Positions 48,301-64,000 of a stretch of 64,000 nucleotides of DNA are shown piece by piece. Numbering within the stretch: the stretch's first letter is position 1; each line of letters starts with the position of its first letter. The stretch comes from Moniliella sp. 'wahieum' (Eukaryota). Location: NCBI GenBank assembly GCA_003971905.1, contig RSEE01000135.1, forward strand, positions 1 through 64,000, given 5' to 3'. A program made the position numbers and the translations under genes. The notes under the pieces were generated by a model. It was not told where the DNA came from, ran no database searches, and worked only from the letters and a program-made list of their open reading frames with translations.

Positions 48301-49064
48301 GCCAAGGCCTCTTCGCCTGGCGTCCCCTCGGCGTTACCTTCCTCCTCCTCTTGCGTTTGCGTTTGCTTGGCGGAGGGCAACGCGGAGGATGACGAGGCAG
48401 CAGAGAGATGTTGGGCGGGATCGGACGCGCGCGTCGGCCTCAGCACCATGGAGGGAGCGCAGCAACGCGTCGGCCCACGGCGCATACACCGCCAAGGGCG
48501 CCGGACTGCCGCCCGGACGCATGGGCACCGCGAGCTTGACGGCGAGCGATTGGTTGAGCAAGGTTTTGAGTTGAGAATGTGCCTTTTTCGCAGGGAAGCC
48601 CGCCTGGTGCGCGAGGTGGGTGAGAAAGATGCCCTGGGGACCAGCACGCGCGACGAGCTGCAGACACCGCCAGTTGTCCGCCGACAGACTCGAGGGCGGC
48701 ACGGGGCCGGCGACACCAGGCGCGCGTACACGTCGTCGGGGGCAAGCACCAGCCGGAGGTGTGTGTGTGTAGCTGCCAGCTCGGGCAGCGGCACAAACGG
48801 CGTCGCTGGCAGCAGCTCGACGGCGGGAAGCGCATCGGCATCAGAGGTGGTGGTGGTGGTGGTGGTGGTGGTGGCGGCACGCGCACCTTGGGTGGCGAGC
48901 AGACGCCAGACATGGGCGACGTACGCAGCGTCGACGAGCTGCGGCTCGTCGGGCGTGAGCGCGTGGTGGTGGGCAATGGTGGTGGTGAGCTGGGGCAGGC
49001 TCAGGCCGGGCGTGCCGCCGTGGGCGAGCGCGGCGAGGCAGGCGCCGACGAGAGCGGCGGCCAT
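42385..49064 (-). CDS. TFC3: TFIIIC B-block binding subunit (Tfc3/Sfc3), multiple frameshifts
   Basis: N-terminus LVGACLAALAHGGTPGLSLPQL...YVAHVWRLL; winged-helix WRCLQLVARAGPQGIFLTHLAHQAGFPAKKAHSQLKTL; AT-hook GRPRKYP; a ~6.7-kb span typical of this subunit. Confidence 0.8.
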
Positions 49065-49184
49065 GAGCAAGCCAGGTCGAGGAGCAGAGCGAAAAGGTGG
49101 TGGTGGTGGCGAATGTGCACATTGAATTAAAAAGTCCACCAACCACCACCACCACCAACCACCACCACCACCACCACCTGGCGG

Positions 49185-51609
49185 ATGGGCTCGACGGGCA
49201 AGCCGATGGCCGCCGCGTCCAAACCGATGGGCAAGGCCAAGGCGACGGTGCTGCGTGCGTGCGACCAGTGCCATCTGCGGCGGGTGCGGTGCAGCCACGA
49301 GGAGCCGTGTGCGCACTGCGTGCGCCTCCACATGGCCTGCACCTACCGCCACGCGCGCCAGCCCAAGCTCACCACCGGCAAGCGCATCCAGCATCTGCGC
49401 CGGGGGAGCGCAGTCGTCGTCGTCATCTCCAGCACCGTCAGCACCACCGCCAGCGCCGCCCCCACCATCCGACCTGCTCGCCACCGCCATCAGCCTGCCC
49501 GACCTGGACCAGAGCCTGGCGGCCTACTTCAATGCGCAGCCGCCCAGCCTGCGCGACCACTTTTTCGACTGGGACTTTTTGCTCCAGGCCGAGCCGCCGT
49601 CGTCGTCGTCGTCGTCGTCGTCGTTGGGTCTGCTCCCCACCTCCATGTCCACCACCCTGCCCGCGACGCCACCGCCACCGCCACCGCCCCTCGGGATGCT
49701 CGGTGGCGGCGGGGAGCTGCTGGGGTTTGGCGCGCACGGCCCGCGGCTGCTGGACTCGCTCAGTGCGCCGATGGCCACCGCGCCGCGTGGCCTCCTGGAC
49801 AGCCCCTCGAGGGGTGCGGTTCGACCCGGTGCACGAGGCGGTGCCGACGGCGGCGCTGGCGTTGGCGCTGCCCGAGCTGGCGGACGCGGTGCTGCTGCCG
49901 CGGCTGGCGGTGTTCTTTGAGCGGCTGCAGCCGGCGCTGCCGGTGTTTGCACCCGAGTGGCTGTATGCGCGGGTGCGCGGGGCGAGCACCGGCGGGATGT
50001 GGGCTGGCGTCGATGCTGCTGGCGCTGTCGGCGCTGGTGTTGATCCAGCCGGTGGGGGGCGGGGACCAACACCACCACCAGCAGCAACGCATGCGCACCG
50101 CACGCCACCTGATGGAAACGTGCGTGCGGGTGCGCGCGGACGTGCTGATGGGCGCGGCGGCGTCGGTCGAGGCGTGCCTGGCGTCGTTCTACCTGTTTGC
50201 GTGTCTGTTCGGCCTGCGGCAGGACGCGGCGGCGTGCTTCCGGCTGGCGGAGGCGATCAGCCTGGGCGCGCTGCTGCGCCTGCCCGACGCGGCGGCGTAC
50301 GCGCCGCTGCCGACGGCCGAGCAGGAGCGCCGCCTGCGCCTCTACTGGCTGCTGGCCATCACCGAGCGCGCGTACGCGCTCCAGCGCGGCCACCCGCTCG
50401 GCCTCCGCGGCCACCCGCTCGCCGCCACCACCGCCCTCCGCGCCCAGCTGCCCGCCGGCGCTCGCCGACTTTCCCGCCGCCGTGCTCGCGCTCTTTGAGC
50501 ACGTCGACGAGCACTTTGTCGACTGCTGGAACGCGCGCTGCCCGGCGCACCAGCACCCGCCGCGCACATGTCCCGTGCTCACCGCCGCCACCGCTGCCAC
50601 GCTCGCCGGGCACTTCACCGAGGGGTTCGATCTGGCGGCCATCTTCGCCACCGCGGAGACCACCTCCGCCTCCGGCGCATACACCCGCACCACCGTCCAG
50701 CTCGCCGACGTCGAAGTCACACGCCAGTGGCTGCTCAACCGCCTCTGGCTCACGTGCTGGCGCCACCGCCTCGTCACCCTCGACGCGCCCCAGCCCATCC
50801 TCCGCCCCGCCCACGCCATCGACATTGCCCACACTGCCTGGCCATTGCCCAGCGCCTGCCCCTGGCCAGCATGGAGGCCCATGGCATTGGCCATGCCGAA
50901 AAGTTGTACGACATGGCCGTCACGCTCACCATGCTCTACCTCCACTTTGCCAACAGCAACGTTCGTACGCCCACTGCAGTGTCGGCGCGCATGCCCCCAA
51001 CGGGGACGCTCCACGATGGCATTCAGCCGAGTATGGCGTTGGCCTACGCGTCCCCCTCGACCCACTCCACCCTTTCCACCCACTCGACCCACTCGACGCT
51101 GTCCAGCTCCAGCTCGCTGCCGTCACTGGCGACTGGCGGGCCATCCTGCCTCTCTGCCTCGTCGTCCCCAGCGTCCACGCGGGTTATCCGTCCCATGCGC
51201 AACCCTCTTCCCTGCCCCACCACTATCGCCCCCGCCCCGCAACGTTCGCCCCGACATCCACGTCCCCCTCAGCCCCGCACTCTCTAGGCATGCGGAGTAC
51301 CGCACGACCCCCACCTTTCCTCTCTTCCATCCGGGGGTGCTACGGGGCTACCTGTTATTTTTCGTGTGTTTCGACAAGGTCATCATCCGTTTGGTCCGCG
51401 GCTCGCCCAGGCCATCCAGCAGATGGCACCGCACCTCGACCGCGCGACGTTTGCCGCGCTCCAGGCCGAGGTGGGCGTCGACTTGTGCGCCGGTGTGGGC
51501 GTGGGCGTGGAGGTGGAGGGGAGGGGACGTACCCGCCGTGACAAGTACCGGGTTTTGGTTTTGGTTTTGTTTTTGCTCTGTGCTGTGTGGATTGGATTGC
51601 ATGTGCTAG
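49185..51609 (+). CDS. Zn(II)2Cys6 transcription factor, Mal-activator/AmyR-like; end approximate
   Basis: RACDQCHLRRVRCSHEEPCAHCVRLHMACTY; RRLRLYWLLAITERAYALQR; ADVEVTRQWLLNRLW; SMEAHGIGHAEKLYDMA; FRQGHHPF. Confidence 0.88.
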
Positions 51610-51733
51610 GCGTTGGAGGAGCAGTTTTCACACACAGATAGAGGAGTGGTCTAGCCAGCACTCATAACGCACTTCTCTCTTGTCCATTTCTCCATTTCTC
51701 CATTCGTCTGATTCCCCCCTGGGCATGTGGGCG

Positions 51734-53316
51734 TCATCCGCGGTTCATCGTGTTGCCCTCGCCCTTACGGTGCACTTCGCGGAAGGTATCCCACGCCACA
51801 GTCTCTCTGCGCGCCTCGTCCTGCGCCTCCTCGGCCTCACGCGACCCATCCATCTCCGCCCGCACGGCCCTCTGCTCGCGCGGCGTCAACTCAGCCATCT
51901 GCGCCGGCCCACCACCGCTAATCACATTGCCCCTTCGCTGCTCTTCCGCGAGGTACTCGTCAATCGTCATGCTGGGCAGCCGGTGCGACGGACGAAACAC
52001 GTTTTCCGCCAGACGCTGCCGCGCACTCACATCCACACGGCTTCCCCCCGCCTGTCCCTGCCCAACAGATGGGCCGGACGTGGCGGATGCGGATGCGCCC
52101 CCGCGCGGCAGGGACAACGATGTAGATGTCAATGTGAATGGGCGTAGCGGCTTGCCCTCGTGGTCGAGCAACGGGCCCGACGAGGCAGTGAGCGAGCGGT
52201 CCAGACGCCACTCGTTGTCCCCATTACGGTTGCGGTCGGGACCGCCCTGCTCGCCGGGGTGAGCGGGCATTTGACCTGGGGTTCCTGGTGGTGGCAGCGG
52301 GTGGGCAGGCAAGGACCGGAGTAAGCTCAGTTCCTGCGTGGCCGCATCCACTTCGCTCGCACATCGAATCGCATGGAGCGTGAGTAACATTAGCACGTAT
52401 GTCCGGATCGTGCTCGGTACCCCGTCGGAACTGGATGTGGAAGGTCCCTCGTCCTCGTCTTCGTCTTCATCTTCCTCATCTTCCTCCTCATGCTGTTCTT
52501 CCCCGTCATCGCTATCCTTCTCGTCCTCCTCATCGTCATGCGCATCGGCACCGACCCGAGCGCGGGAAGACTGTGTGCGAACCGACCCCCCACCGCGAGC
52601 TACGGCCGCACGGGGCACCAAGAAAAACGCATCGAACAGCACGTCGGAGGGGGGGTTGACATGGCGACCGCGGTAACGCGGGGACGCATCGGCGCGCGTG
52701 CGAAACGTCTCGAGTGCCGTGCGCAGCGCACGCTCCGTTTGGAACAGAGCGATTTTGCGGTGTCGTCGTTGTGCGGCTGAGAGCAGTTCCGTACTCCCTC
52801 CCTCGGCGGTTGGCTTACGGTGCTCACTCTCGGGCTCACCCTGGGGGTGGTCGTCGTCAGAGGAAGGGAGGAAGGGGGAAAGCAAAGTCCGCGTGGAGGC
52901 GGGGAGCAGACGCAGCCGGTCGATCGAGCGGAAAAAGCGCGTGGCAGAGAGCGTAGCAGAGGTCAGGTGGTGGTGGCGCGCAGCATGGTCCAGGCCTGGG
53001 GGAAGCGCGTATGGGCCAAGCACAACAGCGAAGGCAGGAACAGACTCCGCAAAGACGCTGTGGATACTTCTCGCAACGTATCGGAGGAAGAGACGAGCGA
53101 GGCTGCGATGCGCGCTGCTCGGCGAGAGTGAGGAGCGCCAGCAGCTGCTCGGCAGCGGCCAGCGTGGGGGGTGGTGGTGGTGGGTGTGGTGTTGCTGGTG
53201 GTGGTGTTGCTGGTGGTACTACTAGGGAAAGGCGCGGCAGACTGGCGGAAGCACTGGGCGAGCAGCGCGCCAAAGCCGAGCGAGGCCGCCTGGGTTGCGT
53301 CGAGCGTGTCGGGCAT
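51734..53316 (-). CDS. TAP42: PP2A regulatory protein Tap42/alpha4
   Basis: C-terminal ENVFRPSHRLPSMTIDEYLAEE...WDTFREVHRKGEGNTMNRG signature; N-terminal SSSDTLREVSTASLRSLFLP. Confidence 0.93.
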
Positions 53317-53489
53317 AATCAGAATCAGAATCAGAATGGCGGCGAGCAGAAGGCAGAACTAAATCCACTTACTCCTCGATACGGCCACTCCCTCCACGTC
53401 ACCACGCCCCCCGGCGGAACACACGCGCCCCCGGGCGGAATGGGGCGCAGGGCAGCGTGGTTGGCTAGCTACCACCACCACCTCCTTAA

Positions 53490-54335
<846 letters not shown>

Positions 54336-54412
54336 TGAACGCGTGGGAGACAGAGAGAGCCAGAGAGAGAAAAGAGAATATATACATACACCCGTGACAG
54401 GCAAACCATCAA

Positions 54413-55805
54413 CTAGGCGTACCGGTGGGGCAGTGGGACGAAATGGTCGAGCTCGTGCGAACTGGGGTACGTGCCGATCAACTCTTCGTAAAACCGGCGC
54501 AACTCGCGCGCACAGGCTGGACCATAAATTCGTGCAGGCCCATCTCGTCGTTGATCGTCAAAAAGGTCAAGTTGGCCTCGAGGGCACGGAGGACGGTGCC
54601 GCGGGTCCGCGTGTTGGCCACGGGGTCCGACCGCCACTTGGCCAGCAGGGCAAATGACGCCCCTTCGTCTGGTGGCATGACCCAGTGCGACTGGTTGCAG
54701 CATGCCTGTGACTCGGCCATGGTTACGCCATGGAACAGGAACGGTGTCACGCCGTCTTGCGCATTCCGGTTCTTGTGGTGCCGCGTGCGCGCGAGAAGTG
54801 GCCCAAACGCCGTATGCACCTGGTTCATCAGCGTGCGCGTATACACAAACGGTGCGTGCTTGACAAAGTGCACGTCGGGGGGCCCACCAGGCAGGTCACG
54901 GTAGCGCTCCTGCACGGCGCGCACCGAGGTGTACACGGACTTTTGCCAGAGCGTGTAGAGCATGGAGCGATCGAATTGCCCCTTGGAGGGTGGACCGACT
55001 TGGGCTCGATGAACAACTTGATCCCGCGGTCGCGGGTGAAGAACGTGCTGGGATGAACGGGCCGGACAAAGAGGTAATCGTCATTGATGTGGATGTAGTG
55101 TTCGGTCAGGCCGGGGATACGGTCCAGCACCTGCTCAATCACATTCGAGTTGAACGTCGGCTGGTCCTCTTCGGGCACGAGGCGGTTCTGGTCAATCCAC
55201 TCCATGCGTCCGCCCGTGGAAGTCAAGTTGGCCCAGCTGGGCGGCGAGGGCGACACGACGTAGATCCTTCCGCGGTGCCACGGCATCAACCTCTCCACGG
55301 AGCGGAGAGAAAATCGCATATCCTCATTATCGCGATCACGATTACCGCCAACGCGGGAGCCATAGTCTTTGCGCAGCTTGCGGTTCTCACGTCCGAGCCA
55401 TTGACCCACGTGTAGACGAGCGCCACGTCGGCGGCCCAGCGCCACTCGGGCTCGAGTGCCTCGTAGGGCACACCGGGGGTGGCGGTGGCCAGGCCCCAGC
55501 GTGGCGGGGCCGGCGGTGGAGGGGCGGCGGCGGCGGGGCGACATGGCGTCCTGGGCCCACTGCGGGGCCCAGGCAGGCGGCGGGCGGCGGGTGTGGCGGA
55601 CAAGCAGGCCGAGCGCGAGGAGCGCGCAGCTGGTGGCGGCGGCGAGGAGCGCGAGGCGGCGCAGCCACCGGAGGGAGAGCGAGAAGGACGAGCGCGGGGC
55701 GTGGCGGCGGTGGAGGGAAGCGGAGGTAGAAGAGGCGCCCATGGGCAGCAGCGCGTACGCCGTGTCGTCGGCGGCAGGCCGGGGGATGCGCAGCGCAAAG
55801 CGCAT
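54413..55805 (-). CDS. Stealth-family hexose-1-phosphoryltransferase, type II membrane topology
   Basis: N-terminal TM segment; CR1 VYTWVNGSD; CR2 DMRFSLRSVERLMPW...PTFNSNVIE...IPGLTEHYIHINDDY; CR3 KHAPF; CR4 FLTINDE...PSSHE. Confidence 0.92.
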
Positions 55806-56005
55806 GGCTGGAGGAGGACTAGGGGGGGCTATAGGAATCAGTAGCCAGGTGGTTATACCCCCATCACGTGCATCACGTGCTGTTACCTCAGCATGTCAGC
55901 CTAGATGACCCCCCGCTGAGTAAGCAGGCTGGGCGTGTGGGGGTGGCGTTGGTGGGAATCTAATAATAATACACCCCCACACTCGCATTCACATCCATCC
56001 CACCA

Positions 56006-59000
56006 ATGCCACCGCCACCACCACCACCACCACCCGCATTCATCCCCACCATCAGCAACAACAACACATCAGCACCACCACCACCACCCACCACTCCCCC
56101 CCCCGACGATCAAAACCCCCACCACACCGTCGCCGACGAGATCGTCGAGGTGCTCGGCGCCAAAAGGAGCGCAAGCGCAAGCGCGCCCACTACAGCTGCG
56201 CCGAGTGCCACCGCCGCAAACGCAAGTGCGACCGCCAGGTGCCGTGCAGCGCCTGCATCCAGCACGGCTCTGCGCCGCCTGCCGCCCCTTTGAGCAGGGC
56301 GACCAGCACGGCGACATCAAGGACCGCGTCCTCCGCCTCGAGGACATTGTCGAGGGCCTCGCCCTGGCCCAGACCACCCTCGCACGCGGCCTCGCCGACG
56401 CCAAGGGCCTCCTCGCCGCCGGCGCCTCGGGCAAGCATGTGCTTGCTAGTCTGGTGGTCTGGCACAGATTGCCTTGCCTGCTGCCGCTGCGTCGGCCTCT
56501 GCCGACGACGACGACGACGACAACGACGACGGCACGGACAATGACAATGACAAGGATAACGCCGCACCCTCCGCCAAACGCGCCCGCCCTCCCGACCGCA
56601 CCGACCCCGATGCGCACGAGCTGGAATCGAGCGGCGGACGCTCGACGGCCAGTTTGCCAACGACGGCGATTCGTGGTTGGCGCACTGGCCTTGCCCTCGG
56701 TCAGCCGCGTGATCGAGACGGAGATTCGGGGGAACGACTGGAGCTGGGCGCGCATGCCGCGGTACCCGGCCTCGCACAAACTCAATCGGCTCATCTACGA
56801 AGGTGGAGCGCCAGCTGACATTTTGTCCCAGCTCATGGCGGGCTTGCCTCCGCGCGCCCAGACCGACCAGCTACTCCACCTCTACTTTCGCGATATCAAC
56901 TGGACCGTTTGCCGATCCAGGAATCCGACTTTCGCGCGTCGTACGAAGAGTTGATGGCGTTTCGTTGGGGCGACGCGGAAGAACGCTTAGGCGACGATGG
57001 CGCTCGTCACTTGCCTTTCCTCTCGCTCTTGTATGCCATCTTGGCCATTGCCAAGCAGGCCACGCCCGAAGCCACCGAGCCGTCGAGTCGGCCGCACGCG
57101 GCGCTACGCGCTTCTACCACCTCTGCCGGAAATGTACCTTGGTCGCGTCGGTGATCCGGGTGGACCATGTCGACCTCGTCCTGACCCACTCTTCACTGCG
57201 CGCTTCTTGACGGTGCAGCGCAAGTCGGCCGAAGCCTGGTCGCAGCTCGGCACGACCATTCGCGCCGCACAAGCGATCGGACTGCACCGCGACGGCTCCA
57301 AGCTAGCATGGACGCCGTCACGACCGAGCGTCGTCGACGTATTTGGGCATTGATCTTTTGGATGGACAAGACCACGTCGATTCTCCTTGGTCGGCCTCAG
57401 GCGATCCAGGAAATGCACTGCGATACCCTCCCTCCGTCCGATATGGACCTGGACACGTTACCGCGCTACACGCACCCGCTCCCACCTACCCCACCTTGCG
57501 CCGACCCTGACAACCCCCGGCGTGATGGCCTATATCGCAATCCGCGACCAGCTCGCCAAGTTGACCGGACGCATCGTTGAGCATTTCCAAAACTTGTCCA
57601 GCCCGCGCAAGTACTCGGACTGCCTCGACTTGGACCGCGACTTGGAACGCTTCATCCAGCACCTCGCCCCGCCGTACCGCTGCGAAGCAGCTGGCGGACA
57701 AGATCGTCGTTTCGATGCGGTTTGTCCTTGGTTGCCCTTGCATCGATGTACGTCTCCTGTCCCTTCCATTTGTCCTCTTTTTTTTCTTTTCTCCTTTGTT
57801 GTTTCTTGCTTCCCTCAGCAGCACACTCAGGGGGGGAGTGTGTGTGTAGTGGGAGACTAACCCGCTCGTGCTTTGCTTGCGCTTTGCCTGTACAGACTTG
57901 CTCAACATCGAGTACCATTAGTGCGCGCATTGCGCTGCACCGACCGTACGTGTTACGCAACAGTGAAAGTACGCGCAATCCCGCACCGCCGCCTTCCAGT
58001 CCGCCAAGATGGACCAACGGATTCGGAGCGAATACCAACGTGACGTATCGTGGCCTGCGGACCGAGCACGTAAAGTCCACATGGGCGGACTGTACCGCTA
58101 TTCAACGCAACCATGATGATGGGTGTTGCCCTCTGCTCGATCCGAATTCAGAAGAAGCTCCGGAATACGGCATCGCCTAGACCAGTTCATCGAACAACAT
58201 CGCCAATCCGAGTACCCCGACTTGTGCTCCAAACGCGAAGTACGTATCATCCAACTCTTTCGCACAAAAGCTCGTGACCCCTACTTGGCGCGCAGCTACT
58301 GTCCCCCTCCCGGGATACCGGAACCACCGGTACAGACCGGTACAGGAACCGGATCAGGAACCGGCACAGGTACCCCAGGCACCAAACTTCGTCCACCCCA
58401 AGCCGCTTCGACCGAACACGCTTCATCCCCCACGCTCCCCACGACCACGGCAGCTCCCGCACCCACAGCCGCACCTGCTACCTCGTCGTGCACGCAGTGC
58501 GTCCCGTTCCGCCCACTCGTCTGCGCTCCACCAGTGCGACGGGCGGGTCTGGTGGCCCTGGCCCGTCTGGTGCGACGGGCGAGGAAGATCCAGGCGCTGC
58601 AGCCACGCCCACGCAGCGGGTGGGGCTTTCAGGCACCCCCGAGAATGGCAGTACGACCAGCAGCCATGATGCCAGAGCGGACGTGGCGCAAAGTATCTTT
58701 GATCAGTTACGCGGGACGGAGAACTTGGCTTGTACCGTCCCCGCCCCTGTACGGCATGGGTATGGGTATGGGGATGGGGATGGGGATGGGGATGGGTATG
58801 GGTGCGGGTGTGGGGGGGACGGGTACGGTGGGGTGTGGGTGCCCATGAGGACGGGGATGGCGTAGCACCTGTCCCAGCTGAGGGAGGTGTGGGCGCCATG
58901 GGCGGTATGGGCGCGGGATGACCGACGTACATGACCCTGGACTCGATGGGCGACGGGCTGGAAGATTTGTTTTTGGATTTGTGGAATGCCGGAGCAGGAG

Positions 59001-59697
59001 GTGGGACGGTGGGAGGCACGTTCCCTTCGTCCTCCTTATCTGCTGCTGCTACTGCTACTGCTGCTGCTGGTGGTGTTACTGGTGGTGGTGGTGGAGGTGG
59101 TGGTGGAGGTGGTGTGGAGGTGGTCCTGGTGCACCCGCGGGGGAGAATGAGAGTGAGAATGAGAATGAGAAGGTTCCCCTCCGTTCCCCGTCTGTCAACG
59201 CCATCTTCCCCCCGCTTGCCAACCCTTCTCCGGCGACAGCTCGCCTGGGCAGTCAGCGCCTTCTACTACTACTACTACTACTACTGCTACTACTGGTAGT
59301 GGTGGTGGACGTCCGCCTCGACTGTGCCTGCCAAGCCCGACCCGCACTCCGCATCAGCGTCCAGGTCAGGATCCGGGGTTGGACCAGGCGGTGGATCGGC
59401 ACCTGGCTGTACCCTTCCCTGTCGAGCGACAGTAGCAGCACCGATGCCGCTTTGGTTCCGTGGTGTGGTCTGATTGATGCGATTCAGTCCGTGTCCAACC
59501 CGGCGTCGTCTGCGGCCGCCGCCGCGACGGCACCGACACTGGGGCACCGACACCAGGAGGGGCACCCGGACCGAGCGGCGGCAAGAAGGCCAAGCGCAGC
59601 ATGCTCACCCCCACACCACCAACCGCACCACTCGCAATGGCCACAGCCACAGCGGCAATGGCACCAAAAGGCCGTCGTTGTGAGATGTGAGGCCTGA
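56006..59697 (+). CDS. Zn(II)2Cys6 transcription factor with fungal-specific TF domain; end approximate
   Basis: KRKRAHYSCAECHRRKRKCDRQVPCSACIQHG; coiled coil IKDRVLRLEDIV; AWSQLGTTIRAAQAIGLHRDG...ERRRRIWALIFWMDK...LLGRPQAI. Intron ~57748-57895. Confidence 0.9.
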
Positions 59698-60068
59698 GGG
59701 CTGGTTTTCATCATTCTTTTCTTGGTATCTTCATAGCGCGCGGCTTAGGTCTCTCTGTGTATGTCTCTCTTGCTCGCTTGCTCGAATGATATCCTCTGCC
59801 TAGTGCGTTGAAGCGAAGCGAGCCGCCAGACGAGTCACTAGTCGCCATCAGATCTCAGCGAACAATGCGGGGTGCAAAAGACAAACGAACAAAAAGAAAA
59901 AAGAAATGTCCGCCAAGAAAAAAGGAAAAAAAAAGTCCGCGTGTGCTATCAGTGGGGGTGCTCGATCGAGGGACGGAGTTTAGAGTGGATGGCCTGTGCG
60001 GGCGAACACCCCAAGTCTTCTCCTTTCCCCCCTCCGTCTGTGGATTGGGCTGACTTGGTTGCCTGGGA

Positions 60069-62945
<2,877 letters not shown>

Positions 62946-62989
62946 CTCGTGCTTGCTTCGCGCCGCCCCAGATCCGGATCCAGATCGAA

Positions 62990-63075
62990 ATGGAGATGAA
63001 GACCCAAGTGACGATCAAGATGGAGATGGAGATGGAGATGGAGATCGAAGTGGAAATGGAGATGGAGATGGAGAT
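62990..63075. repeat. (GATGGA)n microsatellite downstream of ARG5,6
   Basis: GATGGAGATGGAGATGGAGATGGAGAT... Confidence 0.8.
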
Positions 63076-64000
63076 AATGAGGGTGATTGAATAATGAGGT
63101 CGCGACGGAGGATCACCGTAACGTACCGATCGATAGGAGCCGATGGAGCGCTTCCGTTTAGCACGAGGGACACTCCGTTCTGATAGTCGTTTCCCGCACC
63201 CCACCAACCACAGGACGAGACTGGACCTACCAGCAGCTCTGAAGTGCCTTCTGGACGGTGCCAGACAGACGGCCTTCAAGCTTCGCGTTTATTAGACGAG
63301 GAAAACTGTACTATCTATGCCAATCGGCATTCGACAGTAATAGAGGACACCTAGTACTGAGGTCCGGTCTCACTTCTCCCTCGTCCCAGCCTACCTGAGT
63401 GGATGCCTATCCATCCGTTGGTCCTTCGCTCCTTAATGATCGCCTGCAAGCTACACCCCTACGTGGTCCCTCCACTTGAGAGCCCACGACGCACGTGCGG
63501 CACCCGCCCGCCGCAGAGGGAAAACGTGTCCCGTCATGGTGCTCTTTTATTCAGGGGGGACACCTTCGACCTCCCATCCTACGAGCCATACTAGTCTTGA
63601 GTTGGATGAGGTGCGTCGTGTGCCTGATTCACGCAAACGGCCCACGACATGGTGCGGAGGACCGGTCTACCGTCCAAAATGTACATGTTGGCGCGATTGA
63701 TGGCTAGTCAGAAGGTGGTAGTGGTACTGTGCAGATGGATCGGTCTGGTCGTCCAATCAGGCTGAAGCTTTGTGGCCAGAAGAGTCTGACACGGAGGTTG
63801 CGTGGGGAGGCGGACCGTCGGATGTGTGAGAAAGGGTGAAGGTAGGATGGGTCCGAAGAGGATTGAGTCAAAGCAGAAACTTAGTAACTGAGGGGATCGC
63901 CACTGAAAGGTGGATTTGGAAGAGAATAAGATTAGTGAGCGGGGTTTGGCTATGCCATGTGGGACGATCCCAATTGGGGGATCAAGAACCAACCCACTGC

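Noticed and set aside
42385..49064. Functional clustering of the TFIIIC gene with 5S rDNA
   Set aside because: It is 33 kb away among unrelated housekeeping genes; nothing supports more than coincidence.

Overview
Fungal genomic window, GC-rich and basidiomycete-like. The 5S and 5.8S sequences and 18S helix 45 suggest Ustilaginomycotina (inference). The sequence is indel-rich, so most genes appear frameshifted in the ORF track. The left 18.4 kb is one rDNA unit. It has >9.4 kb of repeat-rich spacer containing no 28S 3' end, then 5S (9487-9604), IGS2 with ~180-bp subrepeats and a ~780-bp duplication, a 5' ETS, 18S, very short ITS1 and ITS2 around 5.8S, and a 28S that stops abruptly at 18445. 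The break lies inside the sequence targeted by arthropod R1 retrotransposons and is fused to a ~110-nt structured segment resembling the 3' half of an HDV-like ribozyme (or a CACTG transposon end). The 18S carries a compensatory U-A pair at the normally invariant C1404-G1497 decoding-site position. The remaining ~45 kb is gene-dense: a copper-fist TF, TIM23, a tiny zinc-ribbon ORF, REV7, three tandem orphan membrane-protein genes, an MP88-like GPI mannoprotein, an alpha/beta hydrolase, a TMEM242/Aim11-like gene, two tandem carbon-nitrogen hydrolases (one intronless), TFIIIC subunit TFC3/sfc3, two Zn2Cys6 TFs, TAP42, YPT6, a Stealth phosphotransferase and ARG5,6. All calls are by eye; no database searches were run.
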